DNA of 63,397 nt, filler included, from Octopus bimaculoides (GCF_001194135.2; 5 parts of 5 records of this genome joined end to end with filler, not necessarily neighbours in it), one strand, 5' to 3'. Counted from the first letter of the whole stretch, positions 47,700 through 62,003 are shown. Numbers and translations: made by a program. The notes: generated by a model from the letters alone, not told the origin.

Positions 47700-48510
47700 A
47701 ACCCTAGATATTGAACATTATTTTTGCATAAGTAAGGATTTAGTGGCATTTTGGGTATGTTTTACGGTTTTCGGTAACGATCTGTAAAACAAAATGCTTC
47801 TCAGTTTCATCTTTTGTGAGAATGTTATTGTAACTCTGAATGAGTTTGATGCCTCTTTCTGCAGCATCATTTGCAACAACTGTCTTCTCAAGTGTTTCAA
47901 GTCCACTTTTGTAACTAGGATCATCCTTCCATGTTGAAGGGTCTTTGTTGAAAGATGAATAGAGCCACAGTTTCGGGAGCTAAGTACCAGAGGTGAATGG
48001 AAAATCTTCTCGCAGCAGCTTTGCTGATTCATGGATCAATATTCTGATAATTTATCACTTGACACATGAATAAGAAATCATGATGAATTGCTTTAATTAC
48101 TTCAGATCACAGAAACCAGAGTCGAACATACACTTGAGCAACAAAAATACATATTCTTCTACAAGAGTACCTCTCCCCAGGAGATAACTGAAATTGATCT
48201 TGAAACGGGTATATCCTGGATGCGTAAATTAATTTTGACATCTACATAGCATGACTTTACAACTCCTGGTGTACGAAACGATATCCCCTCCTTCGGAATG
48301 CCGCCAAGAAAAATCATCGTTAACTCCAACAGTTCTCGGCAATCATTTCGCGTAGAAAAATGGTGTTCAAGAAATCCAAGAATGATAGAGCGGACTTCAT
48401 CAGGCATTTCATTGCTACTAGGTACGTAAACTTCCTTGTTGAGTTTCGTCCAGGTGTCTCTAAATCGTTTGGAAAACGCCGTGTCTGAACCAGATGTTGC
48501 ATCCATCAGT
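47700..48510 (-). pseudogene. Decayed DNA-transposase, hATm-like ('Cc8K15.2-like') C-terminal half
   Basis: TSGSDTAFSKRFRDTW; RNDCRELLELTMIFLGG..FRTPG; VVANDAAERGIKLIQ; superfamily assignment from memory, not verified. Confidence 0.7.
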
Positions 48511-48961
48511 GGGTCAAAACAGGGCCTAAAAACTAACTAAAAAATGAACAAGTTTTTAATTCAAGAGAAAATTATATTACAGGTACAAAAATTTTATCTG
48601 AAAACTTGACTCACACCACACAAGCCAAGAGAATATCAATATTAGCAAGAAGTAAATNNNNNNNNNNNNNNNNNNNNNNNNNNNNNNNNNNNNNNNNNNN
48701 NNNNNNNNNNNNNNNNNNNNNNNNNNNNNNNNNNNNNNNNNNNNNNNNNNNNNNNNNNNNNNNNNNNNNNNNNNNNNNNNNNNNNNNNNNNNNNNNNNNN
48801 NNNNNNNNNNNNNNNNNNNNNNNNNNNNNNNNNNNNNNNNNNNNNNNNNNNNNNNNNNNNNNNNNNNNNNNNNNNNNNNNNNNNNNNNNNNNNNNNNNNN
48901 NNNNNNNNNNNNNNNNNNNNNNNNNNNNNNNNNNNNNNNNNNNNNNNNNNNNNNNNNNNNN

Positions 48962-49047
48962 AAGTACCAGTTGCGTACTGGAGTCGATCTAATCGACTGG
49001 CCTCCTACCAAAAAATGTTGGGCCTAGTACCTAGAGTTGAAAAGATA
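48962..49047 (+). mobile_element. SINE-B 3' half (tail type 2)
   Basis: Matches 15985-16070. Confidence 0.8.
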
Positions 49048-50769
49048 AGTACCAGCCGCGTACGTTTAAACACAAATTATTTATAAGAACACTACTATGG
49101 AAAGTCGAACGTTAGATGTTATTGACGCAAGATTTTTTGAATGATATTTGTAAATGCCCTAAACGGCTCAGCGAATATCTCAAATAGCTAAAATGGGTTG
49201 AAACAGACAGAATATGTGATAGAGTAAATGCAAAAATATTTCGGTTTTTTTTATTTTTTAGTTATTATATCTAAATGATATATGGCTATTATTTGTTGCT
49301 GAAACGTTGATAACTTCTCTGACTTGAAATTCTCGGGTATTGATTAAGGTATACAGCTTTACAGCTAATATATATGTAAATTATATACGAAGATTTCAAT
49401 ATATCTGTAAGGCAGAACGTACGACAATCATTGTTATATGTCTTCTTGAATTTGCCTTCTCTCATTCCTATATACCGTTTTATTAATATATTGGTCATAG
49501 TTCAAGTAAAGGTATCTTCCACTGTATATAGTGCTCTATATACATTGTAATACATGTTTGGTGAGAATATAGCAACGTGATTACTATTTTACAAGGAGCC
49601 ATCCTGTGGCTTGTCTGGTTTTATGTTAGGAGACATTTAAAGATCAACAAGTTTGTGGCGTGTCAATTGAATATTCTTGATCCCTGATTTATGGTACGAG
49701 TATGTGCTAGTGTGTGTGTGTGTGAGTGTGTGTGTGTGTGTCGGTGTAAGAAAAGAGTATCGTGTGTGTATGTATGTATATGCGTATACGTATATTCCAA
49801 TGTAAGTTTCTATGCTTCTGTATATGCGACATTTCGTTTGGTTTTTATAGTTTTGACTTGGTCTCCTTGTGCAAAGGATATATTTATATAAGAGAATTCT
49901 TCAAACAAATTAGGAGAAACTTATACGTGAATTCTGTTACAATATCTATTATGTTATCATCTTACTAAAATCATCGATACTTATTTTATTAAAATAGTTT
50001 GACAGTACACTTTGAAATAGTCATCAATTTCCCAATATATCTTCAATGTATATTGGCGTTAATTTCAATATTCGAAGGTATCTTTCATTGGGCATAGCGC
50101 CAAAAATCTGCCAAGAAAGCTATATTTGATTGAATTCTAGCAATTATATCTGATTTCAACAAAAAAGACAGAAAAAAAACTAGTAAAGCGATGATTTATT
50201 TCATTCTAAATATACTTTCATATTTAGAAAGAATTAATTAGCTCAGTGATGGGAAAGACAAAAGCAATCTTTGTATATAAATTTATGATTATATATCTGT
50301 GTATATGTACATATGTATATATGTATGTGTGCATACACAAACGCGCGGAGGAGAGAGAAAGAGAGAGCATACATATAAAAGTGATGATGAAGAGGAAAAT
50401 TTGGAGCGTTGTGTTGATTACGATGATAGTAAAGGATTTCTCATAGACAATGATATATGAGCGCTCAGCGATAAAACAGAATTTACTTTAAATGAAGTTT
50501 CTGGAGCAAATTCAACAATAAATTTCTAACTGATAATTTGACCGGCTGCAAAATTTCACAGGTGCCAGAGACAAAAGATGTCTTCTGGTTATGTATAAAT
50601 ACATAACCAGAATATTACGTTTCTGATCTCCCATACTATCGGATCATATATGAGTTTCTTTTAGCTGAAGATTGTCTAATAATAGTTTCTCATTTACTCA
50701 AACGTTAGCAGTTTGGAGGTAAGGATGTTAGGCGGATAAACTGAGATTGGTTGTTGAATAATACTTCAG

Positions 50770-50877
50770 TCTGTCGACCTTGTAGAAGAGATAAAAGACA
50801 GTGTTGATCGAGGAGAGATTTCTTCTCACAATGTAAATGATCTGGCACAAATACTGCAAACCATTTCTGCAGATACT
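50770..50877 (+). CDS. Candidate internal coding exon (36 codons, phase 0-0), host gene unknown
   Basis: TACTTCAG acceptor, GTAACC donor, open SVDLVEEIKDSVDRGEISSHNVNDLAQILQTISADT; no homology confirmed. Confidence 0.2.
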
Positions 50878-52660
50878 GTAACCCTTTTGTCCGCTCGTTC
50901 TCTTTAAGTTTGTCTAAAATATATTTTGTACTATAGGCACCAGGCATGGAGTTCTGGCACAGAGGTTGACTTGATTATATCAAGCCAAGCGCTCACCTGG
51001 TACTTATATATACATAACGTATTTTAACGTGTATAAGGTAGCCCATAATTTGGTGGGCTTAAAATTTAGAAAATAGGTTTTGTAAGGGATTATAATACTA
51101 CTGATGTATAAGAAACTCCTATATATTCTTAACCTAATTTTTGACAAAGAAGGGTTCCTTATATGCGTTAAACTAGGGTAATTTGGGTGTTACTCTTTTG
51201 TATCAGGGATTCGGATTTCCTTTCGACATCTAATGGCAAGTTTTATACAACAAACGGTCTGAAATAACAACGGGTCCCATAAATTAAAACGTATCTGGAC
51301 CGTTTCATATCTCTTCTGTAGAAACTAGAAACACACTAAATAAAAACAATCGTTTCTGAATGCCATTCTATTCTGGTTTATAACAGACAAAGAGATTCCT
51401 GTTTCAGCCATTGTTCTTCCTATTTATTATCTGTACATTAATCCTTTCTGCCCGTTCAATTCTGAAACACTTTGCTGTGCTTGTAGATAGATTTTATTGT
51501 TAGTACAAGCAGACAGTGCGCAGAGTTTCCCTACTCGTTATGTGCTGACAGATGTGCCGTTCTGTGATTGGTAAGTCTTTTGCTGATCAATGCTGTTTGA
51601 CTAACACATGGAAAAATAATGTACGAATGTGTATTTCAAAGAAAATACGTTCGTACATGCATATACACATAAATACATATATAAACATACACACTAAAAT
51701 ATATCTATATACTTGCATTGCATACCTACCTACATACACGCATATGTGTACGCACGTAAATACAAACATGTAGACGTTAATATATACATACATACATATA
51801 CATGCATACATATATATATATATATATANNNNNNNNNNNNNNNNNNNNNNNNNNNNNNNNNNNNNNNNNNNNNNNNNNNNNNNNNNNNNNNNNNNNNNNN
51901 NNNNNNNNNNNNNNNNNNNNNNNNNNNNNNNNNNNNNNNNNNNNNNNNNNNNNNNNNNNNNNNNNNNNNNNNNNNNNNNNNNNNNNNNNNNNNNNNNNNN
52001 NNNNNNNNNNNNNNNNNNNNNNNNNNNNNNNNNNNNNNNNNNNNNNNNNNNNNNNNNNNNNNNNNNNNNNNNNNNNNNNNNNNNNNNNNNNNNNNNNNNN
52101 NNNNNNNNNNNNNNNNNNNNNNNNNNNNNNNNNNNNNNNNNNNNNNNNNNNNNNNNNNNNNNNNNNNNNNNNNNNNNNNNNNNNNNNNNNNNNNNNNNNN
52201 NNNNNNNNNNNNNNNNNNNNNNNNNNNNNNNNNNNNNNNNNNNNNNNNNNNNNNNNNNNNNNNNNNNNNNNNNNNNNNNNNNNNNNNNNNNNNNNNNNNN
52301 NNNNNNNNNNNNNNNNNNNNNNNNNNNNNNNNNNNNNNNNNNNNNNNNNNNNNNNNNNNNNNNNNNNNNNNNNNNNNNNNNNNNNNNNNNNNNNNNNNNN
52401 NNNNNNNNNNNNNNNNNNNNNNNNNNNNNNNNNNNNNNNNNNNNNNNNNNNNNNNNNNNNNNNNNNNNNNNNNNNNNNNNNNNNNNNNNNNNNNNNNNNN
52501 NNNNNNNNNNNNNNNNNNNNNNNNNNNNNNNNNNNNNNNNNNNNNNNNNNNNNNNNNNNNNNNNNNNNNNNNNNNNNNNNNNNNNNNNNNNNNNNNNNNN
52601 NNNNNNNNNNNNNNNNNNNNNNNNNNNNNNNNNNNNNNNNNNNNNNNNNNNNNNNNNNNN

Positions 52661-52692
<32 letters not shown>

Positions 52693-55600
52693 GTATACAT
52701 TCATATATATACATATGCACCTGTATCTATCGATGTGTGTTGTTTATAGGTTTATAATATACACATATATTTCTATATATCTTCTATATATGAGTGTGTG
52801 TGTGTCCGTGTGTATGTTTGTGTGCGTGTGTCGTGTCCTTTTCCCTGTCTGTCAATCAGTAATCAGTATATTTCCGTATATATTCATTTTTCACACAACT
52901 TTATATGTTTTATCATATTAATATATTTAAGCTTGATATTATTTTTGGGTCTCCTTCCTCTCTTCTTGCTTTATATATTCAATCAAACCAATGTCCATGT
53001 TTACATTAAATAAATACATTTCAACAATGCATTCTTTGAACAATCCTATCTTAATCATAGATTAATTTATTCATATATATTGCTAGATTAAATGAAAACC
53101 AAACATCAAAACTCAATCAATGACAAAAAAAAAAGAATAAAAAACAGTTGTTTACAAAATTAGTTTTATTTAGAATTTGGATACAGAAGTAATTGCCAAC
53201 GTTATATGATTAATTGATAATAACTAATAAATAATATTCCGTTGACTCTACCCATTACTGCTATAACCCAGTTTAAGTGGCTTTATATAGGTACCCTGTA
53301 CTGGTTGGGGACCAGTCAGGTCCCTTGGAGATATGTTGTAGTGAAGTGAAATCAACCAGGGTTTTCATTGCCTACGAGACTCTCTCCACCAAAATTCGGC
53401 TGTCCAATTTTGTATTATTGACAAAGCTGGATCGTAATCCTCTTATGTAGCAAACATAGGATATCTGCATGGATATCCTTTTTCAACGGGTTCTTGATAA
53501 CATTGCTATGCCAAATCAGATTTTGTCCATTTTCAAAAGAATTTGCTACTAGTTATTTACAAGTCTCGATGAACAGTTAGATAAGAGTTTAACTCAAGAG
53601 AAACAATACACTTATTTAGAAATGTAATTAATTCAGGTAAGATTTCACGGCTCTAGCATCACTCCTTAATAGTTAGCCTATAAATATTTATGCCCTTCCT
53701 CGTAATTATAAAAAAAACATTTAGAAAATGGCGCCTATTTGAAACTCGTTACCTCGTTGGAGTTCTTGTTTTAGACCTGCGAAGGGATGCTATAATTCTA
53801 GATGCAGACATACCGAGTTTAACAGGAAAGAAACAATACAATTATTAATAGGGACAGTTGAAATTAATGCATGCAGCATTTTACAACTCTAGCATCAATC
53901 CTTCAATGTCAGCCTATAAACTTTTCAGCCTGTCCTCAGAATTACGAGAAAAAGGTGTACGAGATCATACCCATTTGAAATACGTTACAGTGTGGGAGTT
54001 CTTATTTTTTACTTATGAACACATGCTATGTATGTATGTATGTTTATAAGTGTGCGTTTGTGCGTGCTTGTGGATAGACTTGAACTCGTGTAGTTTGTGG
54101 GAAGTATATTTGACTGCAGGCAGATATACTTTAAAACACACACGCAAAACCTTGTGGAATGCAGTTGTTCATATTTCCATTCCATCAGGTTTCACGTGGG
54201 GTTAGACAACGATAATAACGCGAGATAAATAAGATGAAGGGTGAGACACCGCATGGGAAGATGAGAACGATAGATATAGAACGGATGATTGGAAGAAAAC
54301 GATACCAAAAAAAAATTGAAACTCCGGGAACCCAAGTGAAGAAATGGAGAAATGGGGAAAAACGCAGAGAGAGAGAGAGAGAGAGAAAGATAATGACGAA
54401 GAGAAATAAAAATAAGAGGAGGAAATATAAAATATGTGAATTTAACATTAAGGTTAAATGCCATGAGACAGACGAGAATGTGGAAAAATATGACAATAAA
54501 GAATTGAAATTAAAAAGAAGAACGTGATTCTAAGAATAAGAGAGAGAAAGTATGCGTGTGTTTTGTGTAGATAGGCGTTTGTGATATTGTGTGTGTTTAA
54601 GTTAGAAAGCCATCAAATAAGAATTTAATTTAAGAGAGAGAAACTGACAGAGAGAGAGAGAGAGGATTAGCTAAATAGATTTAGAGAGCGATCAGTCAAG
54701 CGTAAGAAAATCAAAAATAACAAAGATAAAAGAGAAAAAATATCTTCTTGAAAAAAAAACTACGAAATACAATGGCAGCATAAATTGATATAGGAAAGAC
54801 ACAAGAGAATTAAAAGAACAAGAAGTCACCGAGAATAAGATATGAGAAAATAAGATGCAGAGAGAGCAAAAGAGCGAAAAGAAAGAATTGAGATCAGCAA
54901 TATAAAAGCGACAGAGGTGGATGATGACGGAAGTTATGCGAAAATGGCAAGGAATGGAGGAATAATGAATAAATGGATAAAAGTAAAAAATAAAAATGAA
55001 TCAATAAAATGTAGATGAAGACAATGAAAAATAAATTTAATAGACAATAAAGAGAAGCAAAGGTCGTAAAAAGACGGCAGCGCAAAAAACATAATGACAA
55101 AAATAATAATAATAAAAATTTTTAGATTACAGGTACAACAAAAATAAAAGGCGCAAAATGTCGAGTTAAAATAAAAATAAGAGTAAGGAGAAAAACAAAT
55201 AATAAGATTTCTTATAACAAAAAAATAATAAAATAATAACTAGAGCAATGAAATATATTAAATGAAATTGAAACTAGCAGAGTGAAAGATGGGACATAGA
55301 AGTTGGAAGACCGACCAGGTTAAAATGGTGGCCGTTATATTGGACTCAAAACTGCAATCAATATATAAAAGCAATTAAGTTTTCGGAAACAAAAAAGAAA
55401 AGGCTTAACGCTCCAGTGAGGAGACAGACACTGCAATTTAGACATCCGAAATAAAAAAAAACATAAATAAATAAATGAAAGATTGTTACTGTTCATTGGA
55501 TGAGCGAATTCGTTATTGTTGTTGTAATAGCATATTTTTTGTGGAGTATATGTTTCTATAATTAGATATATATATATATATATACACATACATATAAATG

Positions 55601-56599
55601 TATGCATNNNNNNNNNNNNNNNNNNNNNNNNNNNNNNNNNNNNNNNNNNNNNNNNNNNNNNNNNNNNNNNNNNNNNNNNNNNNNNNNNNNNNNNNNNNNN
55701 NNNNNNNNNNNNNNNNNNNNNNNNNNNNNNNNNNNNNNNNNNNNNNNNNNNNNNNNNNNNNNNNNNNNNNNNNNNNNNNNNNNNNNNNNNNNNNNNNNNN
55801 NNNNNNNNNNNNNNNNNNNNNNNNNNNNNNNNNNNNNNNNNNNNNNNNNNNNNNNNNNNNNNNNNNNNNNNNNNNNNNNNNNNNNNNNNNNNNNNNNNNN
55901 NNNNNNNNNNNNNNNNNNNNNNNNNNNNNNNNNNNNNNNNNNNNNNNNNNNNNNNNNNNNNNNNNNNNNNNNNNNNNNNNNNNNNNNNNNNNNNNNNNNN
56001 NNNNNNNNNNNNNNNNNNNNNNNNNNNNNNNNNNNNNNNNNNNNNNNNNNNNNNNNNNNNNNNNNNNNNNNNNNNNNNNNNNNNNNNNNNNNNNNNNNNN
56101 NNNNNNNNNNNNNNNNNNNNNNNNNNNNNNNNNNNNNNNNNNNNNNNNNNNNNNNNNNNNNNNNNNNNNNNNNNNNNTATATATATATATATATAATGGT
56201 TTATATATAGCACAAGGTGGTGCTGTTGAGCTAGTCATGGCTTGTACTGATAATGGCCGAAACCAATGTGCGTTACCTAAGTTTTTATATGTGTATGTAT
56301 GTATGTATGTATGTATGTATGTATTACAACGTCTTGAAGTAAACGTATGCTTACCTACATATTAAGACTGGCTGATGCACACCAATGCACTCATTCATAC
56401 ATACTCCACCATAAATTATACATTTGTCTCCATTTTTCTTTTGTTTTTTTTTCTTTTTTGAGTCTCAGTATATAAGGTATAATTGGAATTCGTTATTCCA
56501 AGATGCAATAATAACAATTATTAAAAAAAAAGAAGAATTGAAATCCATCAATGTCTTATTATTTATACCTTGTCTGCCCTTTAAATTTATCATTCTCAT

Positions 56600-57826
56600 C
56601 TTCGTGGTTGTCATCGTCCGTATACCATCGACCTCATCGTCGTCGTTGTCATCGATATAATTAACATCGTCATCACGGCCCTTGCCGTCGCCGGTGACGT
56701 CGTTTTCCTTGTTCATGTCGTCGATGTTATCGCCTTCTTCTTCTTCTTCTTCTTCTTCTTCTTCTTCTTCTTCAATATCATGGCCACAGTTACCGTTGTC
56801 ATGATAGTCGTCATCGTAACCATCATCATCATCATCATGGTCACGATTATCACCATCATCAGCATCAGCATCATCGTCCACATCATCGTCATCAACGGCA
56901 TCATCATCATCATCACCATAATTAAAAACATGAACGTCTATACTCCCTTCATTGACATCATCATCATCACCATCATCGTCATAGTCACCATCATCATCAT
57001 CATTTTCGTCGTCATAGGAACGGCTATAATACATCTATCCTTGCCATCATCACCATCATCATTATCTTCATCNNNNNNNNNNNNNNNNNNNNNNNNNNNN
57101 NNNNNNNNNNNNNNNNNNNNNNNNNNNNNNNNNNNNNNNNNNNNNNNNNNNNNNNNNNNNNNNNNNNNNNNNNNNNNNNNNNNNNNNNNNNNNNNNNNNN
57201 NNNNNNNNNNNNNNNNNNNNNNNNNNNNNNNNNNNNNNNNNNNNNNNNNNNNNNNNNNNNNNNNNNNNNNNNNNNNNNNNNNNNNNNNNNNNNNNNNNNN
57301 NNNNNNNNNNNNNNNNNNNNNNNNNNNNNNNNNNNNNNNNNNNNNNNNNNNNNNNNNNNNNNNNNNNNNNNNNNNNNNNNNNNNNNNNNNNNNNNNNNNN
57401 NNNNNNNNNNNNNNNNNNNNNNNNNNNNNNNNNNNNNNNNNNNNNNNNNNNNNNNNNNNNNNNNNNNNNNNNNNNNNNNNNNNNNNNNNNNNNNNNNNNN
57501 NNNNNNNNNNNNNNNNNNNNNNNNNNNNNNNNNNNNNNNNNNNNNNNNNNNNNNNNNNNNNNNNNNNNNNNNNNNNNNNNNNNNNNNNNNNNNNNNNNNN
57601 NNNNNNNNNNNNNNNNNNNNNNNNNNNNNNNNNNNNNNNNNNNNNNNNNNNNNNNNNNNNNNNNNNNNNNNNNNNNNNNNNNNNNNNNNNNNNNNNNNNN
57701 NNNNNNNNNNNNNNNNNNNNNNNNNNNNNNNNNNNNNNNNNNNNNNNNNNNNNNNNNNNNNNNNNNNNNNNNNNNNNNNNNNNNNNNNNNNNNNNNNNNN
57801 NNNNNNNNNNNNNNNNNNNNNNNNNN

Positions 57827-57890
<64 letters not shown>
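56600..57890. repeat. Degenerate (CAT)/(CTT) array, gap, then (TAG)n
   Basis: Direct reading. Confidence 0.9.
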
Positions 57891-58074
57891 AAAGGGGAAG
57901 AGTGGTGAGAGAAGGAGAAGGAAGAACAGAAGGACAGCCTATAGAAAGAATCGGTGAAAGAATAAACATACAACCACGTATCCACACATAGAAGATATTT
58001 GTACTAAAACGATATTTGTATAGAATTTAAATACTTTGTAACGTCGAACTAAAGAAGAAAATTACATAAATGTT

Positions 58075-58173
58075 GTTATTTCTACTAGAGGCCCAAGGCT
58101 TGAAATTTGGGTTAGTAGGTAAGTCAATTACATCGACCCCAGTATGTAACTGGTACTTATTTAATCGATCCCG
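58075..58173 (-). mobile_element. SINE-B 3' half (tail type 2), diverged
   Basis: ATTACATCGACCCCAGT..ACTGGTACTTA block. Confidence 0.7.
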
Positions 58174-58316
58174 ATTATTTAATCGATTCATATACACGAC
58201 TTCATATTTACTAAACGAATAATTACGAACTTGATGTGGATAAGTATACATACAAATATATGTTTATGCCTGTAGTTGAGTATTTGTGTGTGTATGTGTG
58301 TGTATCTGTATGTGTG

Positions 58317-58353
<37 letters not shown>

Positions 58354-58516
58354 NNNNNNNNNNATATATATATATATATATATAATTGATTCATGAAGTA
58401 ACTATTGATTTATGCTTCTAAACCAATGTATTGTGATGATACTGACAGAAACCCGCCGAAACGATCGGAACCTAACACAAAGCTATGTAATATTTTCATT
58501 GCTACAGACTGATGGC

Positions 58517-58554
<38 letters not shown>

Positions 58555-58599
58555 NNNNNNNNNNNNNNNNNNNNNNNNNNNNNNNNNNNNNNNNNNNNN

Positions 58600-58644
<45 letters not shown>

Positions 58645-59735
58645 GCGTTGATGTGCATGTATGTATATATATATATGTGTGTGTGTGTGTTTGTGACCTT
58701 GTGTTTTTGTGCGTGTGGGTGTATAAGCGTACGTGCGCGCGCGTGTCGCCCTCAGGCAAATTGAAAATTTGCTTTGCTATTTATGCTGTGAAGCCATTAT
58801 GGTTTTTCTATTAAGTCTCCGTTTTAAGAAGAGAAAAAAAAATTGTATGTTGTAGGTAAAAATGGAATAAATCGTATTCCCTCAATATTTTACAAATCCA
58901 GGTCTTTAGAATTTTTTTATTTCCTAGGAGGCTTTCAATTTTTTCTCCTTCTCTCTCTCTCTCTCTATCTCCCTCTCACGACTCACCCTCACACATACGA
59001 ATGCACGCGCGAACACACACAGACCTCACACACACACACATATACATACACATTCAAAATATATATATATATAAATATATATATATCAATATATATATAT
59101 TTATATATATATATNNNNNNNNNNNNNNNNNNNNNNNNNNNNNNNNNNNNNNNNNNNNNNNNNNNNNNNNNNNNNNNNNNNNNNNNNNNNNNNNNNNNNN
59201 NNNNNNNNNNNNNNNNNNNNNNNNNNNNNNNNNNNNNNNNNNNNNNNNNNNNNNNNNNNNNNNNNNNNNNNNNNNNNNNNNNNNNNNNNNNNNNNNNNNN
59301 NNNNNNNNNNNNNNNNNNNNNNNNNNNNNNNNNNNNNNNNNNNNNNNNNNNNNNNNNNNNNNNNNNNNNNNNNNNNNNNNNNNNNNNNNNNNNNNNNNNN
59401 NNNNNNNNNNNNNNNNNNNNNNNNNNNNNNNNNNNNNNNNNNNNNNNNNNNNNNNNNNNNNNNNNNNNNNNNNNNNNNNNNNNNNNNNNNNNNNNNNNNN
59501 NNNNNNNNNNNNNNNNNNNNNNNNNNNNNNNNNNNNNNNNNNNNNNTATGTGTGTGTATGTATATATATATAATGTTTCTCTTTCTTTAATTCGGTTGGA
59601 CAAAATTGGACTTTTTCAAATTTACTACTTCATGCTTTATGAATATAAAAAAATATGTACGTGTGAGTGTGTGCATGTGTGTCTATGTGTGTGCGCGTGT
59701 GTCTCTGTGTATGTGTCTGTGTGTGGATTTGCGTC

Positions 59736-59960
59736 TGTGTTTGTCTCCCCATACACCACTTGACAACTTTCGTTTTTATGTACATGTCCCCTTAAACGAG
59801 CTTTTGAGCAAAAAGAGATCGATAGAATGAGTACAAGGCTTTGAAAAAAATATATCCTGGGGTCGATTTGTTCGACAAAAAATCCCTCATGCCGGTGCCC
59901 CAGCATGGCCGCAGTCAAATGCCTGTAACAAGTGAAAGAAAGGCCTGTAACAAGTAAAAC
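59736..59960 (+). mobile_element. SINE-A 3' half, diverged, with duplicated tip (GCCTGTAACAAGT twice)
   Basis: Homology to 740-942. Confidence 0.75.
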
Positions 59961-60069
59961 ATACACTTTATGCATCGGTGTGTGCGTTTTTTGTATGTAC
60001 ATACGTATGTGCATATATGTATACATGTACATACATATACATCCATACATCTACATGTATATATATTCC

Positions 60070-60476
60070 CTTTTACTTGTTTCAGTCATTTGACTGCGGC
60101 CATGCTGGGGCACCGCCTTTAGTCGAGCAAATCGACCTCAGGACTTAATCTTCGGAAGCCTAGTACTTATTCTATCGATTTCTTTTGCCGAACCGCTATG
60201 TTACGGGAACGCAAACACATCAGCATCGGCTGTCAAGCGATGTTGGGGGGACAGACACAGAGAAACGAACATATACACACACATACACACATGTATATAT
60301 ATATACATATATACGACGGGCTTCTTTCAGTTTCCGTCTACCAAATCAACACACAAGGCTTTGGTCGGCACGAGGCTATAGTAGAAGACACTTGCCCAAC
60401 GTGCCACGCAGTGGGAATGAACCGGGAACCATGTGGTTGGTAAGCAAGCTACTTACAACACAGCCACTCCTGCGCC
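60070..60476 (-). mobile_element. SINE-A, full length
   Basis: Colinear with 553-942 and 36606-37004. Confidence 0.93.
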
Positions 60477-60482
60477 TACTAA

Positions 60483-60524
<42 letters not shown>

Positions 60525-62003
60525 NNNNNNNNNNNNNNNNNNNNNNNNNNNNNNNNNNNNNNNNNNNNNNNNNNNNNNNNNNNNNNNNNNNNNNNNNNNN
60601 NNNNNNNNNNNNNNNNNNNNNNNNNNNNNNNNNNNNNNNNNNNNNNNNNNNNNNNNNNNNNNNNNNNNNNNNNNNNNNNNNNNNNNNNNNNNNNNNNNNN
60701 NNNNNNNNNNNNNNNNNNNNNNNNNNNNNNNNNNNNNNNNNNNNNNNNNNNNNNNNNNNNNNNNNNNNNNNNNNNNNNNNNNNNNNNNNNNNNNNNNNNN
60801 NNNNNNNNNNNNNNNNNNNNNNNNNNNNNNNNNNNNNNNNNNNNNNNNNNNNNNNNNNNNNNNNNNNNNNNNNNNNNNNNNNNNNNNNNNNNNNNNNNNN
60901 NNNNNNNNNNNNNNNNNNNNNNNNNNNNNNNNNNNNNNNNNNNNNNNNNNNNNNNNNNNNNNNNNNNNNNNNNNNNNNNNNNNNNNNNNNNNNNNNNNNN
61001 NNNNNNNNNNNNNNNNNNNNNNNNNNNNNNNNNNNNNNNNNNNNNNNNNNNNNNNNNNNNNNNNNNNNNNNNNNNNNNNNNNNNNNNNNNNNNNNNNNNN
61101 NNNNNNNNNNNNNNNNNNNNNNNNNNNNNNNNNNNNNNNNNNNNNNNNNNNNNNNNNNNNNNNNNNNNNNNNNNNNNNNNNNNNNNNNNNNNNNNNNNNN
61201 NNNNNNNNNNNNNNNNNNNNNNNNNNNNNNNNNNNNNNNNNNNNNNNNNNNNNNNNNNNNNNNNNNNNNNNNNNNNNNNNNNNNNNNNNNNNNNNNNNNN
61301 NNNNNNNNNNNNNNNNNNNNNNNNNNNNNNNNNNNNNNNNNNNNNNNNNNNNNNNNNNNNNNNNNNNNNNNNNNNNNNNNNNNNNNNNNNNNNNNNNNNN
61401 NNNNNNNNNNNNNNNNNNNNNNNNNNNNNNNNNNNNNNNNNNNNNNNNNNNNNNNNNNNNNNNNNNNNNNNNNNNNNNNNNNNNNNNNNNNNNNTATATA
61501 TATATGTATGTATGTATGTATTTATGTATATATATATATATATATATAGGGTAAGAAAACATTTTAGAAATGTTTATTACCAGTGGCCTAGTGTGTAGAA
61601 AACTTAGTCATTAGTCTATATATTATTCATATAAATACAGTGTACATTTAAACACATAAAAGGTAGCTGGCACGCTATAAGAAATAGCTATTAGTGATAA
61701 ATTTCGAAAGGAATGAAACCTAAAATCATTTACCATCTATCTCCTCGACTATGGTTTCTGACTGTATATTAGCAAATAAAATTATTTGCTAGGTGGAGTA
61801 TGCATCAACAGGTACGCCAAGATTAAACATATAAATACGAGGCAATCCAGCATGTGCCCGTGCTTATATATTATAATTTTACTCCGAGAATAAAAGGCAC
61901 ATTCAGCGATGATAACCATAAAAAAAAAATTTTTTAATGTGACTAGGTTTATATTAACTTCCTTTATCAGTAGGGCTAGCATAGTAGATTCTCACTAATT
62001 TAG

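Noticed and set aside
50705-50947. Minus-strand ORF with ILD..LQYLQKW, chromodomain-like
   Set aside because: Lacks the following WEP motif and no LTR element context; probably chance
53553-53636. Exon candidate LFTSLDEQLDKSL with CAG|GTAAGA donor
   Set aside because: In-frame stop before the strong donor, and the segment is one unit of a diverged direct repeat
56222-56275. CTGTTGA...GGCCGAAAC..GTG hammerhead-like string
   Set aside because: Core A6 changed, G at the cleavage position, poor stems
56465-57034. 189-aa acidic Asp/Glu-rich ORF resembling a biomineralisation protein
   Set aside because: Entirely a degenerate (GAT)/(GAA) microsatellite like others in the window; no signal peptide or splice support
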